Source of the DNA: Octopus vulgaris
Lineage: Eukaryota
Reading direction: 5' to 3'
NCBI GenBank assembly: GCA_951406725.2
Contig: OX597823.1
Span: 2,480,001 to 2,544,000, forward strand
DNA: 64,000 bases
A model generated the notes under the pieces. The model was not told the origin of the DNA. It ran no database searches and saw nothing but the letters and a program-made list of their open reading frames with translations. The position numbers were made by a program, and so were the translations under genes. Below, one piece after another: positions 1 to 15,389 of this stretch (its first letter is position 1; every line of letters begins with the position of its first letter).

Positions 1-342
1 GCCTATCGTAAAGAGGATTTGTAGTAGGAAAGGTATAGTTAATTAAGACCCACTACCAATACATAATTTGCATTTCATTATCGACCCCCAAAGAATCGAA
101 AGCAATCGTGACTTTGGTAGTAATCGGAACGAGACCATAAATAAGTCTTATGAAATACCATAAAGAATTTTTGTACGACGCACCAGAATTTGTTGTCTAT
201 CGACTTAACTTTTGTTTGTCCGTGTAAACCAGAACTCACTGTTCTGAAACAAAAAAATGTAACTAAACTTACATTAGAGAATTTAGTACTAGAAACAAGA
301 TACTTGAGGGAAATTGTGCTTCCCCGCCTCCTCCTATGCCTT

Positions 343-345
<3 letters not shown>

Positions 346-422
<77 letters not shown>
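346..422. repeat. (TA)n microsatellite
   Basis: Pure TA run. Confidence 0.95.
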
Positions 423-425
<3 letters not shown>

Positions 426-1132
426 TATATAAGTTTGTGTATAGCAAAGCATATGTATTTGTAAGCATGCGTATCTGTGTATGTGTAAGTGAAAGTATGC
501 TTGTGCTTAAGCACGCATACACACGACGGTAATTATATGTATCAATTCAAACTTGTGTATGTATACTGGCCTCTATAGATGCCAATAATATCGCTACAAG
601 TTTTTTTCCCCACCCCTCCTTCGTTTCTTTTTTCTCTCTTTCCCTTTCTTTCGTTCCCCCTCCTTGCTCAGTATATGAGAATTGCTACATAGATGAATTT
701 TAGCTTGCGTGCGAGACGGGTTGCGTGAATATATGTACACATGCTTTTATGTGTATAATTTAGATTCATATTCATACGTCTGTATATGTATGTATGGCGT
801 TTACGCGCATCCTTTTGTGTATGTTGATATATATATGTGGATTTTAAATATAAATATGTATTGCAGTATTTATAACAGGTTTAATTTCTATGCATTAATT
901 TGTACTGTCTTCATTAACGGCAATAGGTTTTTTCCTCGGTTTTTTCCTCGGATTTTATAATTTTTATAAGTTTTTTATATTTATATACATATATTTTTGA
1001 CCTTTTTGTTTATCGCTCGAAGTTTGACCGTTTTTTCTAAAGGGCCAATCAAACAAGTCCATTTCTTTTTAAAGGTGTAGCGTTTGTAACAGTATAGATT
1101 GAATTAATATATATGTTCCATTCTAGCAAAAG

Positions 1133-1170
1133 CTGTCTGATGAACGGCAACGAGAAACTCAGAGTAACAG
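1133..1170 (+). ncRNA. Minimal type I hammerhead ribozyme motif (PLE-type)
   Basis: ctgt-CTGATGA-acggcaacga-GAAA-ctcagag-TA-acag. Stem I ctgt/acag, canonical core, short stem II cg/cg with a GCAA loop, stem III ctc/gag, GUA cleavage triplet. Confidence 0.7.
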
Positions 1171-1202
1171 ATTTTGTTGAATTTTCTGCTGCTTAAAATA
1201 AA

Positions 1203-1306
<104 letters not shown>

Positions 1307-1355
1307 GTATATGTATATGTATGTATATATATATATTGTGTGTGTGTGTGTGTGT

Positions 1356-2724
<1,369 letters not shown>

Positions 2725-2734
2725 CATATATATA

Positions 2735-3199
2735 AGGAAGGAAGGCATAGGAGGAGGCGGGGAATCACGACCTTCGAACCTTGAGCCTCACAGCACAGAG
2801 GCAATGACAAAAGACCGAGACCTTTGGAGAGATGCTGTGATTGTTGGACAGCATGCCATGCTTGAAAAGATGAGTCAAGTAAAATCAAAATCAAATTCAA
2901 AATGGAAATTGTACTTGTGGCTGATGTCAGCTCCACCTGACAGGCACCCGTGCTGGTGGCACGTAATAAGCACCATTCAAGCGTAGCCTGTGCTGCCTGA
3001 CTGGCTCCTGTGCCGGAGGAATGTAAAAGCACCCCCTACATTCTCGGAGTGGTTGGCATTAGGATGGGCATCCAGCTGTAGAAACCTTGCCAGATCAGAT
3101 TGGAGCCTGGTGCAGCTACCTGGCTTGCCAGTCCCCAATCAAACCGTCCAACCCATGCCAGCATGGAAAACGGACGTTAAACGATGATGGTGATGATCA

Positions 3200-3200
<1 letters not shown>
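2735..3200 (+). mobile_element. RTE-like LINE 3' tail plus SINE-like fragment ending in (GAT)n
   Basis: Peptide ..EAMTKDRDLWRDAV is typical of RTE C-termini; followed by ccatgccagcatggaaaacggacgttaaacgatgatg tail. Confidence 0.5.
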
Positions 3201-3238
<38 letters not shown>

Positions 3239-6200
3239 TAGAAATAGGTTTCAAAGAGAAAAGAAACTACACTTTGTATAAATATGTAAAAACTAAAAAT
3301 AAAAGAGAAAATGCACATTGCATATGAAAAAATATAGGCTTTTTATGAACAGCAATGATAAATATATACAATTAAATGATCTGAGGTAGAATTAAGAGGT
3401 ATAAAAGTCATTATTTTGTTAAAGAGATTCAATGTCATACCGGTATTGTCAAAAGCTGTTCACTGTCTTTGAATGAGCACCGATTTCCAAACGGTGTCGG
3501 GTCTACTCTTTGTCGGAGTGACATTCCTGTTTGCCCATCAGTACCCGCCAAAAGGTGGGGGTATGTGCCACAGTTAGGCCGCCCGTATTTTTCACTTTTG
3601 GTTCCTTTGTTAATAGATATAGTCTTGTGTTGGTTAATATTATTTTTAATGATTTCGGTTGCATTTTGCTCTTGATAATTTCGTGTGAGCCTAAAATTCT
3701 TTTCATTGTTTTATCTCCTGTGAGAATGGATAGATTTTGTATGATGATGTTGAAGGCCTCATTGTTTCTATGGTTGTGTGTGAAGAAGTATGGGAGTATT
3801 TTAAAGTCTGGTTTGGTATTTCGGTTGACTTCCCTTAATGTTCGTATGTCTATTTCCTTTTCTCGTTTAATCCCATCATTTATTAATGATGCTGGGTAAT
3901 GTCTCTTGATTAGTATTGATCTGAGTTCAAGGAGTCTTCGTTCACGAGTATAGGTGTCCGAAACTATAGTACAGATTATTTTCGCTAGATTATAAGTATA
4001 TTAATTTTTATGTGTTTGGGATGGCATGAGTTGAATAATAAGTATTGTTTAGAATCTGTGGGTTCATAGAAGATGTCTGTTTCGATATGGTTATTAACTA
4101 TTTTAATTAGGATGTCAAGAAAAGGAAGTTGTTTATTGCTGTGGTCCATGCTGAATTGTATGTTGCTATTGATATCGTTGTGCATTATTTTGAAGTCAAG
4201 GAGTTTGCCCATGCTGTCTTTCCAAAGTATAAAGCAATCGTCCAAATACCTCTTCCAGTCTTCCTTTAAATAGCGATGAAATGAGGTGCCATATTTTTGT
4301 AGTTAGGATTGGTATATTTTAAGTGCTAGGTAACCCATTACAAGGTTCGCAATCACTGGGGCAGCTCGAGTTCCCATTGCAATTCCACATTTTTGTCGAT
4401 ACTAAACTGTATCGAACATTAATTAGCTGTTCAGTAGGATGAATTTGAGTACTGCAATTATGAATCTGTGGTTGATGCATCCTGGGATCTCTTCCGGGTA
4501 TTTTTCTAGCCAGAAGGTGATTGCTTCTATACCATAATCGTGTGGGATATTAGTGTACAAATTCACCACATCGAATGATAATAACAGAGTTCCTTCATTT
4601 ATTGTCTTCGGGAGGTGGTTAAGCATGTCTAAGTCTTCCCTGATGAAGATTTTCACATATTTTAGAAACGGTTTGAGTAAGCTTTCGCGAAAGTTGCTCA
4701 AACGGTGGGTTTCACAAGCAGGGCTAGCAATGATGGGTCTGAAGTCAGTAGTGGGAGGTACATTAATGCATACGCTAGGAGAATTTTTGCAAGATTTACA
4801 AATATGTAGATTTTTGTGTATTTTAGGTACTCCGCAGAATAGAGTAGATCTGTATTTAAAATTGAATAAATAGTTAATTTCATGTTTAGTGAGGCCCTTT
4901 CCATGTATTTGAAGTAAGGAGGATAAGCTTTTAAGTGTCTTCTGTGGGTTGTATTGTACTATCTTCTCATAGTAAATATTATTTTCCAATTTGGAGAGTA
5001 TAACATTTTTGTAGTATTCTGTGTCCATCACCACTGCCGCACTTCCTTTGTTGGCTTCTGTAATGGTGAGGTTTATATCATTTTTTAACTCGATTAGGTC
5101 GTTCCATTCATTTACATTAAGGCTGGATTTAATTCGTTGTTTTTGTAGGGTATTAAAAGGAAAACTGGTAGCGTGCTCACAAAAAGCATCAAGTGCTTTA
5201 TTTCTGCCTATTGTAGGACAGTATTCACTTTTGTTTTTTACTATTGAGTCATCTTCGCTGGTGTAGTTGTGAAGTGCTTCTGTGAGGCGTAATTTTCGGC
5301 AGAAAGCCATAGTGTTATCGTTAATTTCATTCGGGTTCGATCAGCGGGGGGTTGGAGTAAATTTTAAACCTCTTGCTAGAATTTTAGTTTGTGTAGTACT
5401 TATGATTTTCTTTGATAAGTTGATTATTTACAGTTGTTCATGTATATTTTGTTCCATTTCACATCTCTGTTTCTCTGATTTAGGTCTAAAAAATGGTTGT
5501 AGGAGGTGGATTGATGTGGAAGGTCTGTATAGGAGAAAATGGTTGCACAGTGTGTCTGTGGTAGTATGTCTGTGGTGGGGTGACTCTGTAGTGGACTAAG
5601 TTATGGTTGTACTGGGAGTTGTTATATTGTCTATGGTTGATGTGGCTTGGGTTAAATTTATTCTTAATTTTGTAATGTGGGTGGAGGGAGAAGTTCTGTT
5701 GTCTAGTTAGGCTGTGTCTAGTTGAATGCTTGAAGTATCCATGTTGAGGCTAGGTGTCAGAAGCAAATTTGTCCATTATCTGAGAGATGATGGGGGTAGA
5801 TTGGTAGGTAGTGGTTCTCGAATGTTTGGGTTAGTCTGGAGGCTTGGGTGGATCTTTTGATTTGTATGTTGGGAGCCTTGAAAATTACGTCCGGATTTTC
5901 TACTACGAGCGGATTCCCTGTTTGTTGTTTGTAAGTTATTTGTAGGTAGAAGTGAGGTGAGGTTGGTTGAGTTGTGTCCCCTAGATTGTCTGTGGTTTGA
6001 GCCAGAGAAATGTAAGGTCATTTTTGCGTGGGATTCTGGTTTATGTTTCTTCAGGAAGGGGTTATCTGATATGTTTTCTATGTTGAACGGTGTTTCGTAG
6101 TATTGGAAACAAAATTAGCTTCTCTTTCCCAGCGTTGTTGGCAATTGATTTCTTCAGTTTCACAAGTTGTTTTCCATTGTTTAAAAACACTCTCCAACAG

Positions 6201-7565
6201 TTGACCATCTCAATGTTTCCTTAATATGGAATATATCTCCTCATCTATGCTTTTAACTTTATGTTCATTTCTTAACGCTTACGTTTAAGGAGTTCGATTT
6301 CCGTTTTCCTTTTCTTCCAATGCTAGTTTCTCCCTTAATTGTCTTTGTTGGTCCTGTTTGTTTGGTATTAGTTTAATTTGAAATTTACGAGGTAAGATTA
6401 CTGGAGTTGAATTTAACCAGCGTTCATAACTTTCTGCCGTGTAGTTGTTTTTAATAATATTCCAGAAAGAAAGTTTTCTGGCTTTAAGTTCCTCCTTCCA
6501 AATATGGATAATACGGTTTTTAATTGATTGCATTAACGTAGAGGAGGTTCTATCGTGTGTATCGTCTGTAGGGGATTTTCATTTATGCAACAATTATGAG
6601 GTAACGATTGTAGAGTGGTGCATAATTCGGTCAAATGTTGATTGAATTGTTCCAGAGATTGCCCTTTCTCTTCTTGTGTAAATCGTTTATGTTCATCAAT
6701 CTTATTAATTATGAGTCTCAAATTCGAGCTAATCTTTCTTAGTTCCGTTAGAGTATCTTCGTTGAAAGTTTTAACTGAGAAGTTTGGTATCTGTGGCATT
6801 TTAAATTTCACGTGTAGTAAAACACAATAGAAATAGGTTTCAAAGAGAAAAGAAACTACACGCGGTATGAATAAGGGAAAAGAAAAAAGAGAAAATGCAT
6901 GTTGGATATAAAAAATAAAGACCTTTTTATGGGTGCAGTAATCAATATATTGGGCAAACAGGAATGTCTCTCCGACGAAGAACAACTCTTCACAAAGAAC
7001 AAATCCGTTATCCACAATACAGACAGATACAGGCCAGTGAACACAGAAAAATGTGCTAGGAACCTTAAACCAAACTTCCTAATTTTCCCTTTCTATCAAT
7101 GTTCACAGTACACCTAAGTACAGCAAAGAATGAATAAAGAGGCGACGTTCATTAATAAATATCATCCAGAACTCAATATGAACACATAACATAATACAAG
7201 ACACTACTAACCTTACCAACAATACCACTAATTTCCATGCATCCTATACACCAATCATATTACAATATATATATCTACCCTAATTGCACCACTTCCAGAA
7301 CTGCTTTCTTCCTTTGCATATAATCTTTTTACTCAGGGACTAGTAGACCCGACACCGTTTGGAAGTTAGTGCTCATTCAAAGCCAGTGAATATCTTTTGA
7401 CGATACCGGTATGATTTTGAATCTCTTTAACAATTCAAAATAATGACTTTTATACCTCTTAATTCTACCTCAGTTCATCTAATTGTATATGTATATATAT
7501 CGTTACTGTTCATAAAAAAGCCATTATTTTTATATGCAATGTGCAGTTTCTCTTTTTTATTTTTA
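3239..7565 (-). mobile_element. Degenerate, near full-length Penelope-like element with an inverted 3'/pLTR copy at its 5' end
   Basis: Minus-strand frameshifted ORF pieces 7015-6533, 6533-6285, 5310-4423 (RT: FRPIIASPACETHRLSN, SFDVVNLYTNIPH) and 4245-3985 (DDCF, LPFLDI, SCHPKH). The plus-strand GIY-YIG C-terminus lies at about 6960-7190, and 7343-7565 is an inverted copy of about 3296-3507. Confidence 0.88.
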
Positions 7566-7599
7566 CCCCCCATCCCCATATATATAAATATATATATAT

Positions 7600-8884
7600 A
7601 TAAGAAAATAGTAAAGTGTGAAAAAACGACAGAAGGCTTAAATGTTAAAAAATATATATATTTGTGTCAAAATGTCTGGAGAATATTGGAAAAATTTTTC
7701 TTCCTTTCCTTAAAGTGACATAATTTTTAAATTTTTAAAGAAATTACCGGTTTCGCGTGTAGCTTTTCAAATTTCTTGTGACGTTATGTTTATATTGCAT
7801 GGAGTTATCGTTGTTTTTATTTCCAGGAGATTTCTAAATAAGGGGAGGTAGTGAGTGATTTCTTCCGGTGTAAGGGAGATAATCGCTTAAAAATTTTTTT
7901 TTTTTTTCCTTTTTCCTTGTTAATTTCTCTGTGTCAGTATGTTAGGATGGTTGAGTCTGGGTTTGTACTTTTCAATGAAGAATGTTTCCTTGTTCAGTCT
8001 CATTTGTGTTGATGATCCGAAAGCACATTGGTAAAATGGGAAGATTAAAAATTGTGGCAGTAGTTGCTTTGCGCATTTCTCAATGTGCTCACTAAAAGGT
8101 ATCATTCTATATTCTGGGAATGCAATCTGTTGTCGATGCAGTGTGCATCTACGCCTGAGTGATAGTCCCGTGGAACCCACGTAGTCTTGGTGGCAGCCCG
8201 AGCATTTAATAACATAAATTATGTTTTCAGAGGCACAAGTAAAGTTAGATTTGATCTTAAATTTCTGTCCCTCTTTAAAGAAGAATTCTGATCCTTCCAA
8301 TAGGTTAGGACATGTTGCACAGTTCGATCTACCACATTTTTTTACTTTTGCATCCGTAATTTTAGAAGACAATTTTGCCTTTGTGAGAATCTTTTTAAGT
8401 GATTTAGGCTGTTTGTAGCTTTTAATGATTTGGTGTATGTTTAGAATTTCCTTTAATTTTGGGTTTTTATGAAGTATTGGTAAATTCTGGGTGATGATGG
8501 TGAAGGCTTCTTTGTTTCTGGGGTTGTATGTAGATATGTAAGGTAGTATTTTCGGGGAAGGTGTGTTGTTGTGTTGAACTTTTCTTAAAGTTTCTATGTT
8601 GATTTCTGTTGCACGTCTGATCCCATCCTCTATGAGTTGAGCTGGGTAATGTCTGTCAATTAGGGTGTTTTTGAGTTCTTGCAGTCTAAAGTTCCTGGTA
8701 TTTTGTTCTGACACTATTGTGCATATCCTTCTTGCAAGGTTGAAGGGGATGTTTGTTTTAGTGTGTCTTGGGTGGCATGAATTAAAAAGAAGGTATTGTT
8801 TGGCGTCTGTGGCTTTGTAAAAAATGTCTGTTTCTATTTTAAGGTTAATTTTTTTAATTAGTATATCCAAGAACGGGAGCTTTC

Positions 8885-8885
<1 letters not shown>
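7600..8885 (-). mobile_element. 5'-truncated Penelope-like element (RT thumb + GIY-YIG, ORF 8870-7920 open) with pLTR
   Basis: TDIFYKATDAKQYLLFNSCHP, CxxxxCxxC, IIYVIKCSGCHQDYVGST (GIY-YIG), and a 3' UTR carrying a hammerhead. Confidence 0.92.
7740..7775 (-). ncRNA. Minimal hammerhead motif, U3-A8 core variant
   Basis: Minus strand: gaaat-TTGAAAA-gctacacgc-GAAA-ccgg-TA-atttc. Stem I gaaat/atttc, palindromic stem III. Confidence 0.65.
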
Positions 8886-9400
<515 letters not shown>

Positions 9401-9469
9401 TTTGAATATGTGTGTTCCTCCTAAAATTCATGAGGTATTTTCAAAAATAAAACTATTCTAAGCACATAC

Positions 9470-9598
9470 CTTCGGTTCCGGAAGAAGGCTGTGGCTGTAA
9501 ATCAAGTTTAAGTCATCTAGCTTCTCCAATGTCCATATTGTCCATCTAGCATACAACTGTTTAATGTGGGTTTCCGCTATGTCCCATATGAGTCTTAT
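9470..9598 (-). CDS. Coding exon of a lipoxygenase-like gene: IRLIWDIAETHIKQLYARWTIWTLEKLDDLNLIYSHSLLPEPK
   Basis: Acceptor ttttatttcag, donor AAG|gtatgt, 129 nt, phase 0/0 and open. The WDI...LDDL..IY...LPEPK pattern matches my recollection of molluscan lipoxygenases just before the W..D..FG.QRL motif. Confidence 0.75.
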
Positions 9599-9794
9599 CT
9601 GAAATAAAATGTTACGTTTTATTTAAGGGTTGAAAAGGGCAAGTTTGCATGGGAGCAAAGAGACGCGACTGATACGGACAGTACATATATTCAATACATG
9701 TTTTCTATATTTTCTATGGATACCTACTCGTACATACAAATATAAGCACAAAAAATAGATGTATATTTATCGCGCTCCTCCCACTCTCTCTATT

Positions 9795-9811
9795 TCTTCT
9801 TCATCTTCTTC

Positions 9812-9871
<60 letters not shown>

Positions 9872-9940
9872 GTCATCATCAGCATCATCATCATCATCAT
9901 CATCTTCTTCTTCTTCTTCTTCTTCTTCTTCTTCTTCCCT

Positions 9941-9987
<47 letters not shown>

Positions 9988-9988
9988 T
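9795..9988. repeat. Compound (TCA)n/(TTC)n/(CT)n/(CA)n microsatellite
   Basis: Direct reading. Confidence 0.95.
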
Positions 9989-10258
9989 TAAACGTAGCAT
10001 TTGGTGCTGTTAATTGATACAGAACACTACTATTAGTAGATTCAACATTTTATTCATCATTTTCAGTTGATTGGGACTTCAAATTTTGCCTTAACAGACT
10101 GTTCAACTAGTTAGATTCACGCTGATATACTCAATTCAACATTATGCGTGATTCCATTATTTCACTCACTGATGGTTGAACTGTTATAAAAATTAGACTA
10201 ATATATTTAGTTATTCCTGTTCACTCTATTTATTCAATTTATATACACACACGTGCAC

Positions 10259-10316
<58 letters not shown>

Positions 10317-10598
10317 AATTCGAGGATGTCAGGTCTTCATTAAGAATTAAGGAATCCAAAAACCTTTCAACCTCATTATATCATACAAATAAATTATTAA
10401 TATATCCATAAGTCTCCATTTATATATATATATATATATATATGCATATACCTACATTATTACATACACACGCACACTCACACACACACACGTATATATA
10501 TGTATGTATAAATAAATATATATATATTATAAGAATTTTTTGCGTAATGAGATAAAAAACCAAAGCTGTGTAGATATTAGAACATTTATAGATAGAAG

Positions 10599-10650
10599 GC
10601 CTTACAGCTGTTTCCAGGATATTTAATAATTATATCCCTTCATTGGAGAC
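10599..10650 (-). ncRNA. Degenerate hammerhead motif (core CCAATGA)
   Basis: Minus strand: gtct-CCAATGA-agggatat..atatcctg-GAAA-cagctg-TA-aggc. Stems I-III are present but the core is mutated. Confidence 0.45.
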
Positions 10651-10832
10651 AGTGTGAGAGGATGGTTGGGTCTCAAGGACACCATTACCTCTTATAACCT
10701 CAATATATATATATATATATATATAGAAATTCGGGGTGAGTACTTGATAATTGTAAGCACCTGTAAATACCGTTTGGTGGTGTAGGTGGTGGAGTAAATT
10801 GATCAAAATAAAAACATGATGCCAAGGATTCA

Positions 10833-10910
10833 GCGGTACATATGTTTCGGGCCTTTATTAGACAGATTTATAACAATGCATAATGTATGTCTGTGGCCTT
10901 CTTCAGCCAC
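10833..10910 (-). ncRNA. Type I hammerhead ribozyme (left arm)
   Basis: gtgg-CTGAAGA-aggcc..ggccc-GAAA-catatg-TA-ccgc. Confidence 0.75.
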
Positions 10911-11993
10911 GCACAACAACTTCCACAAGGACATGTGTTACATCAAAAATTCTTGGTTGGGGATGCAAATCCTCTCATTCGCGTACGACATAATGCGGCA
11001 ACAGCATAGAATTGAAGCGTCCATCTCGTTCTTCTCTCAATGTAGAATGAGGAAATTTGGATGTTGAAGTAATGTAAATAAATTAATAAATAAATACATA
11101 TATAGACGTGAAGGGACCTGGTAATAAGAGTAAATAGGGGTAAAGATGGAGGGGCGAGAATTCAGGACGAAGGATAAAAAATATATAAAAAGTGTAAGTA
11201 TAGAAAAATATAAAAGTGTAGAGTATAAAGATATAAAGAGATATAAGGAGATATAAAGGGGATATAAAGAAGATATAAAGAATATAAAAAAATATAAATG
11301 AATATAAAGGTATAAAGTTATAAAGTAAAAATAGAAATAGAAATAAAAGTAAAAATAGAAATAAAAATAAAAGTAGGAATAAAAATAATAAAAGATGTTA
11401 GTTGATTTATTGACACCCAAAACTTCTACAACTAAATTTTGTCATTTTCCTGACCACCATGTTTGGTCCGTAACCACTATACATCCCTTATCTTTATATT
11501 CTTTTACATCTTTTATTATTTTTATTCCTACTTTTATTTTTATTTCTATTTTTACTTTTATTTCTATTTCTATTTTTACTTTATAACTTTATACCTTTAT
11601 ATTCATTTATATTTTTTTATATTCTTTATATCTTCTTTATATCCTCTTTATATCTCCTTATATCTCTTTATATCTTTATACTCTACACTTTTATATTTTT
11701 CTATACTTACACTTTTTATATATTTTTTATCCTTCGTCCTGAATTCTCGCCCCTCCATCTTTACCCCTATTTACTCTTATTACCAGGTCCCTTCACGTCT
11801 ATATATGTATTTATTTATTAATTTATTTACATTACTTCAACATCCAAATTTCCTCATTCTACATTGAGAGAAGAACGAGATGGACGCTTCAATTCTATGC
11901 TGTTGCCGCATTATGTCGTACGCGAATGAGAGGATTTGCATCCCCAACCAAGAATTTTTGATGTAACACATGTCCTTGTGGAAGCTGTTGTGC

Positions 11994-12071
11994 GCGGCTG
12001 AAGAAGGCCACAGACATACATTATGCATTGTTATAAATCTGTCTAATAAAGGCCCGAAACATATGTACCGC
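11994..12071 (+). ncRNA. Type I hammerhead ribozyme (right arm)
   Basis: gcgg-CTGAAGA-aggcc..ggccc-GAAA-catatg-TA-ccgc. Stem I gcgg/ccgc, palindromic stem III CATATG. Confidence 0.8.
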
Positions 12072-12102
12072 TGAATCCTTGGCATCATGTTTTTATTTTG
12101 AT

Positions 12103-12198
<96 letters not shown>

Positions 12199-12201
<3 letters not shown>

Positions 12202-13468
12202 CCTTTAAGTTCTGTCTAAATTTTGAATAAAGAAAATAAGTGATCAAATGTTATATTAAATTCAAATATCAATGTACTTTCCCTGATTATCAATGACTTC
12301 CTTCCATCTATTTACAAGCTTTTTAATCCCATCAATGTAAAACTCTTTTGTTTTCAAAGTGAAGAACTCTGAAATGTCAGTTTCGACCTCCTCCTGGCTT
12401 GCGAAAGTTACGTCCCCCAAATTATTCTGTAAACTACGAAACAAATGGTAGTCTGAAGGAGCAAGGTCGGGAGAATAAGGTGGACGAGGAATTTTTTCCA
12501 ACCAAGCTCTTCGATCTTCTGTGATGTGATCTTTGCAGCGTGGGGTCGTGCATTGTCCTGATGAAATATCACTCCTTTTCGAATCACTAAAGCGGGTCTT
12601 TTTTTTCTTTAAATCTTGGTTCAAACGCTCTAATTGCTGACACTTGCTTTGAACATTGATTGTTGAATTAGGTGGTAACAATTCAAAGTGAATTACTCCA
12701 TTGCAATCCGAGAGAAGAACTATTTTTCCATGAAGTTCCCTTCTCAGTTGTGGGTTGAGTTTTTTCCCTTTTACCAGGCCACTGTTTACGACATTTAACA
12801 TTTTGATAGAAGATCCATTTATCGTCACCAGTCACAAGTCTATCCAAAAGGGGTGAAATTAGTTCACGAGAATGGAGAGAAGAGCAGATGTCAACTCGGG
12901 ATTTGCGGTTGCTTTCGGACAATTCATGAGGCACCCATTTTCCAAGTTTAGGAACCTTTCCAAGTTGTTGAAGATGACGATGAACAGTTGTATGGTTTGA
13001 ACTAAGCTTTATTGCCAATTCTTCAACTGATAATGCAGGATTTTCTTCAAGTAATTCCTCAAGGAGCTTATCATCAAACTCAACTGGACGTCCTGTTCAA
13101 TCTTCATCTTCAAGGCTGAAATCGCCACTTCTGAGTTTTGCAAACCATCTTCATCAAGTTCTTTCATTCAAGCATTGTTTCCCATAAACTGAGTGTATGT
13201 TTCGAGTCGCTTCGGCTGCAGAGTTTCTTTTTTTGTACTCATAAAGCATTATGTGCCTCAAATGCTCTTTGAATACTTCCATGTTAGAAAGGGTTTTAAT
13301 CAAAGAAATTTTAATTCTATTATTCTGTAAAATAATATTTGATTAGTTTAAATGTACACAAATGCATAAAAGTAATTTTTAATTCCATTAGACATTCTAA
13401 AATACTATTAAATTTCTTTTAATTCCCAAAAAGGTAAAATTGGACAGAACTTATGGGATGACCTGATA
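12199..13468 (-). mobile_element. Mariner transposon with frameshifted transposase
   Basis: WVPHEL, VTGDDKW and PYSPDLAPSDYHLF motifs (ORFs 13018-12683, 12828-12262). Imperfect TIRs atcctttaagttctgtctaaatttt / aaaattggacagaacttatgggat. Confidence 0.93.
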
Positions 13469-13472
13469 TATG

Positions 13473-13556
<84 letters not shown>

Positions 13557-13610
13557 AAATTAAAAAAGGAAAATACGCACACTTACATTGTTATAGTATA
13601 ATTTTTAATG

Positions 13611-13643
13611 TATCGACCGATTTCGCAATCGCTATTCATGATA
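13611..13643 (-). ncRNA. Minimal hammerhead motif, A3-U8 variant (mirror copy, one stem III change)
   Basis: Minus strand: tatc-ATGAATA-gcgattgc-GAAA-tcgg-TC-gata. Confidence 0.55.
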
Positions 13644-14895
13644 TAATGTTTAATTTATATGAAAATATATTTTTTCTTAAGAAGAAATATGGTCCATGTT
13701 ATTTGTAATGAAATTCACGAGTGAATGATTTTACAAGTTGACAAGTAAAGGGAGGTAATTGGTTGTTATTATTGTTATTGTTGTGTGTAAGTGAGATAAC
13801 TGTTTAAGTTTTGGGTAGGGAATAAATGTGTACAGAAAGGAGACAGGTTTAAAAAAAGGGCCTTGTTTAGTAGGGGATTTATGTACAGTGATGTAGTATG
13901 TAAAAATATAAAAATATAAAAGTTGGTTATGCGTGCTTATTAAGATGCGTTTTGTATTTTTCAATGAAAACAGTTTCTTTATTTAAGCGTTCTATTTGAG
14001 AGATTGTGTCTTTGCACTGGTAGAAATGGAAGACTGTAAAATTTGGTTTGATGTTACCTGCACATTTTTCTATGTGTTCACTAAGAGGAATTTGTCTGTA
14101 TTGCGGGAAACGGATTTTCTCCTTATGCAGAGTGATTCTCTTCCTCAAAGTTAAAGTTGTCCAATGTACTGATGACTGCAACCCGAGCAGGTTATTACAT
14201 AAATTAGGTTCTCAGAGGCACAGGTGAAACTAGTTTTAATTGTGAACCTCTGTCCTCGTTTGAAAAGGAAATCCGAGCCTTCAAGCAGGTGGGGGCAGGT
14301 TCCACTGTTCGGGCGTCCACATTTTTCAACCGTTGGTTTCGTGGTTGTTTTGTAAAGCTTCGCGTTTGTTAGTAGTCTCTTTAGCGATTTGTCTTGTTTT
14401 TTGCATTTGATGAGTTTGTGTGTTTTCAGGATGTCGTTCATTTTTGGATCTCTAGTTAGTAAAGGGAGAGTTTGCACAATAGTGTTGAATGCCTCACTGT
14501 TTCTGGGGTTGTGTGTTGATATAAAAATAATGTTCTGGTTTGAGGTGTGGTGCTATGTTTTTTTGTTCTTAGTGTTTTTGTGTCTAATTGTTTGGCACGT
14601 TTAATTTCCTCGTCGATAAGAGAGGGTGGATATTGTCTTTCAATAAGTGTTGTTTTGAGGTCTTGAAGACGAAGGTCCCGAGTTGTTCTATCAGACACTA
14701 TTGTGCAGATCCTTTTTGCTAAGTTAAAAGGGATGTTTATTTTTATGTGTTTCGGGTGGCATGAGTTAAAAAGAAGATATTGTTTGGAGCCAGTTGGTTT
14801 ATAATAAATGTCAGTTATGATTTCATTGTTAACTTTTTTTATATTTTTATATTTCTTCTTAAGAAAAAATATATTTTCATATAAATTAAACATTA

Positions 14896-14928
14896 TATCA
14901 TGAATAGCGATTGCGAAACCGGTCGATA
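14896..14928 (+). ncRNA. Minimal hammerhead motif, A3-U8 core variant
   Basis: tatc-ATGAATA-gcgattgc-GAAA-ccgg-TC-gata. Confidence 0.65.
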
Positions 14929-15039
14929 CATTAAAAATTATACTATAACAATGTAAGTGTGCGTATTTTCTTTTTTTAATTTCTTATATACATAACAATC
15001 TATCACGTGGGGACAACCGAAATCCCTTTTTTCTGTTAC

Positions 15040-15084
<45 letters not shown>

Positions 15085-15130
15085 TGCATATATGTGTAAA
15101 CATAGATATAACATAAACATTCATTCTTAC

Positions 15131-15376
15131 CGTGTGTATCCAATCTTTTTCGTTGCACGGCAATGTTTCCAACTGTCCAGGTAAAAACAGAAAATGGTTA
15201 AAATCAATTATATTATTTAACTTATGAGCATCCTTCCAATTGAAATTGTGTTTTTTAATTATGTTTCCTTGCGTCTTTACATCAAATGTCACCACGATCC
15301 AGTTTAACTTTCCTAATTCCAGAGGAGGAGATCGATAATATAAAGAAGCAATCAATATCGGTACTGTTAAGGTCAC
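15131..15376 (-). CDS. Coding exon of the lipoxygenase-like gene (VTLTVPILIAS...LPGQLETLPCNEKDWIHT)
   Basis: Acceptor tattttcag, donor ACG|gtaaga, 246 nt, phase 0/0 and open; joins both neighbouring exons in frame. Confidence 0.7.
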
Positions 15377-15389
15377 CTGAAAATAATCT

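Larger units (their letters stand above)
10798..12106. repeat. Near-perfect palindrome: ~600 bp arms (10798-11398 and 11506-12106), ~107 bp spacer, non-coding pLTR-like sequence
   Basis: The arms are reverse complements with only a few substitutions, and each contains a hammerhead. Confidence 0.95.
13553..14990 (-). mobile_element. Truncated Penelope-like element (RT thumb + GIY-YIG) with ~140 bp inverted pLTR ends
   Basis: TDIYYKPT, SCHPKH and LIYVITCSGCSHQYIG. 13553-13690 is the reverse complement of about 14848-14990. Confidence 0.9.
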
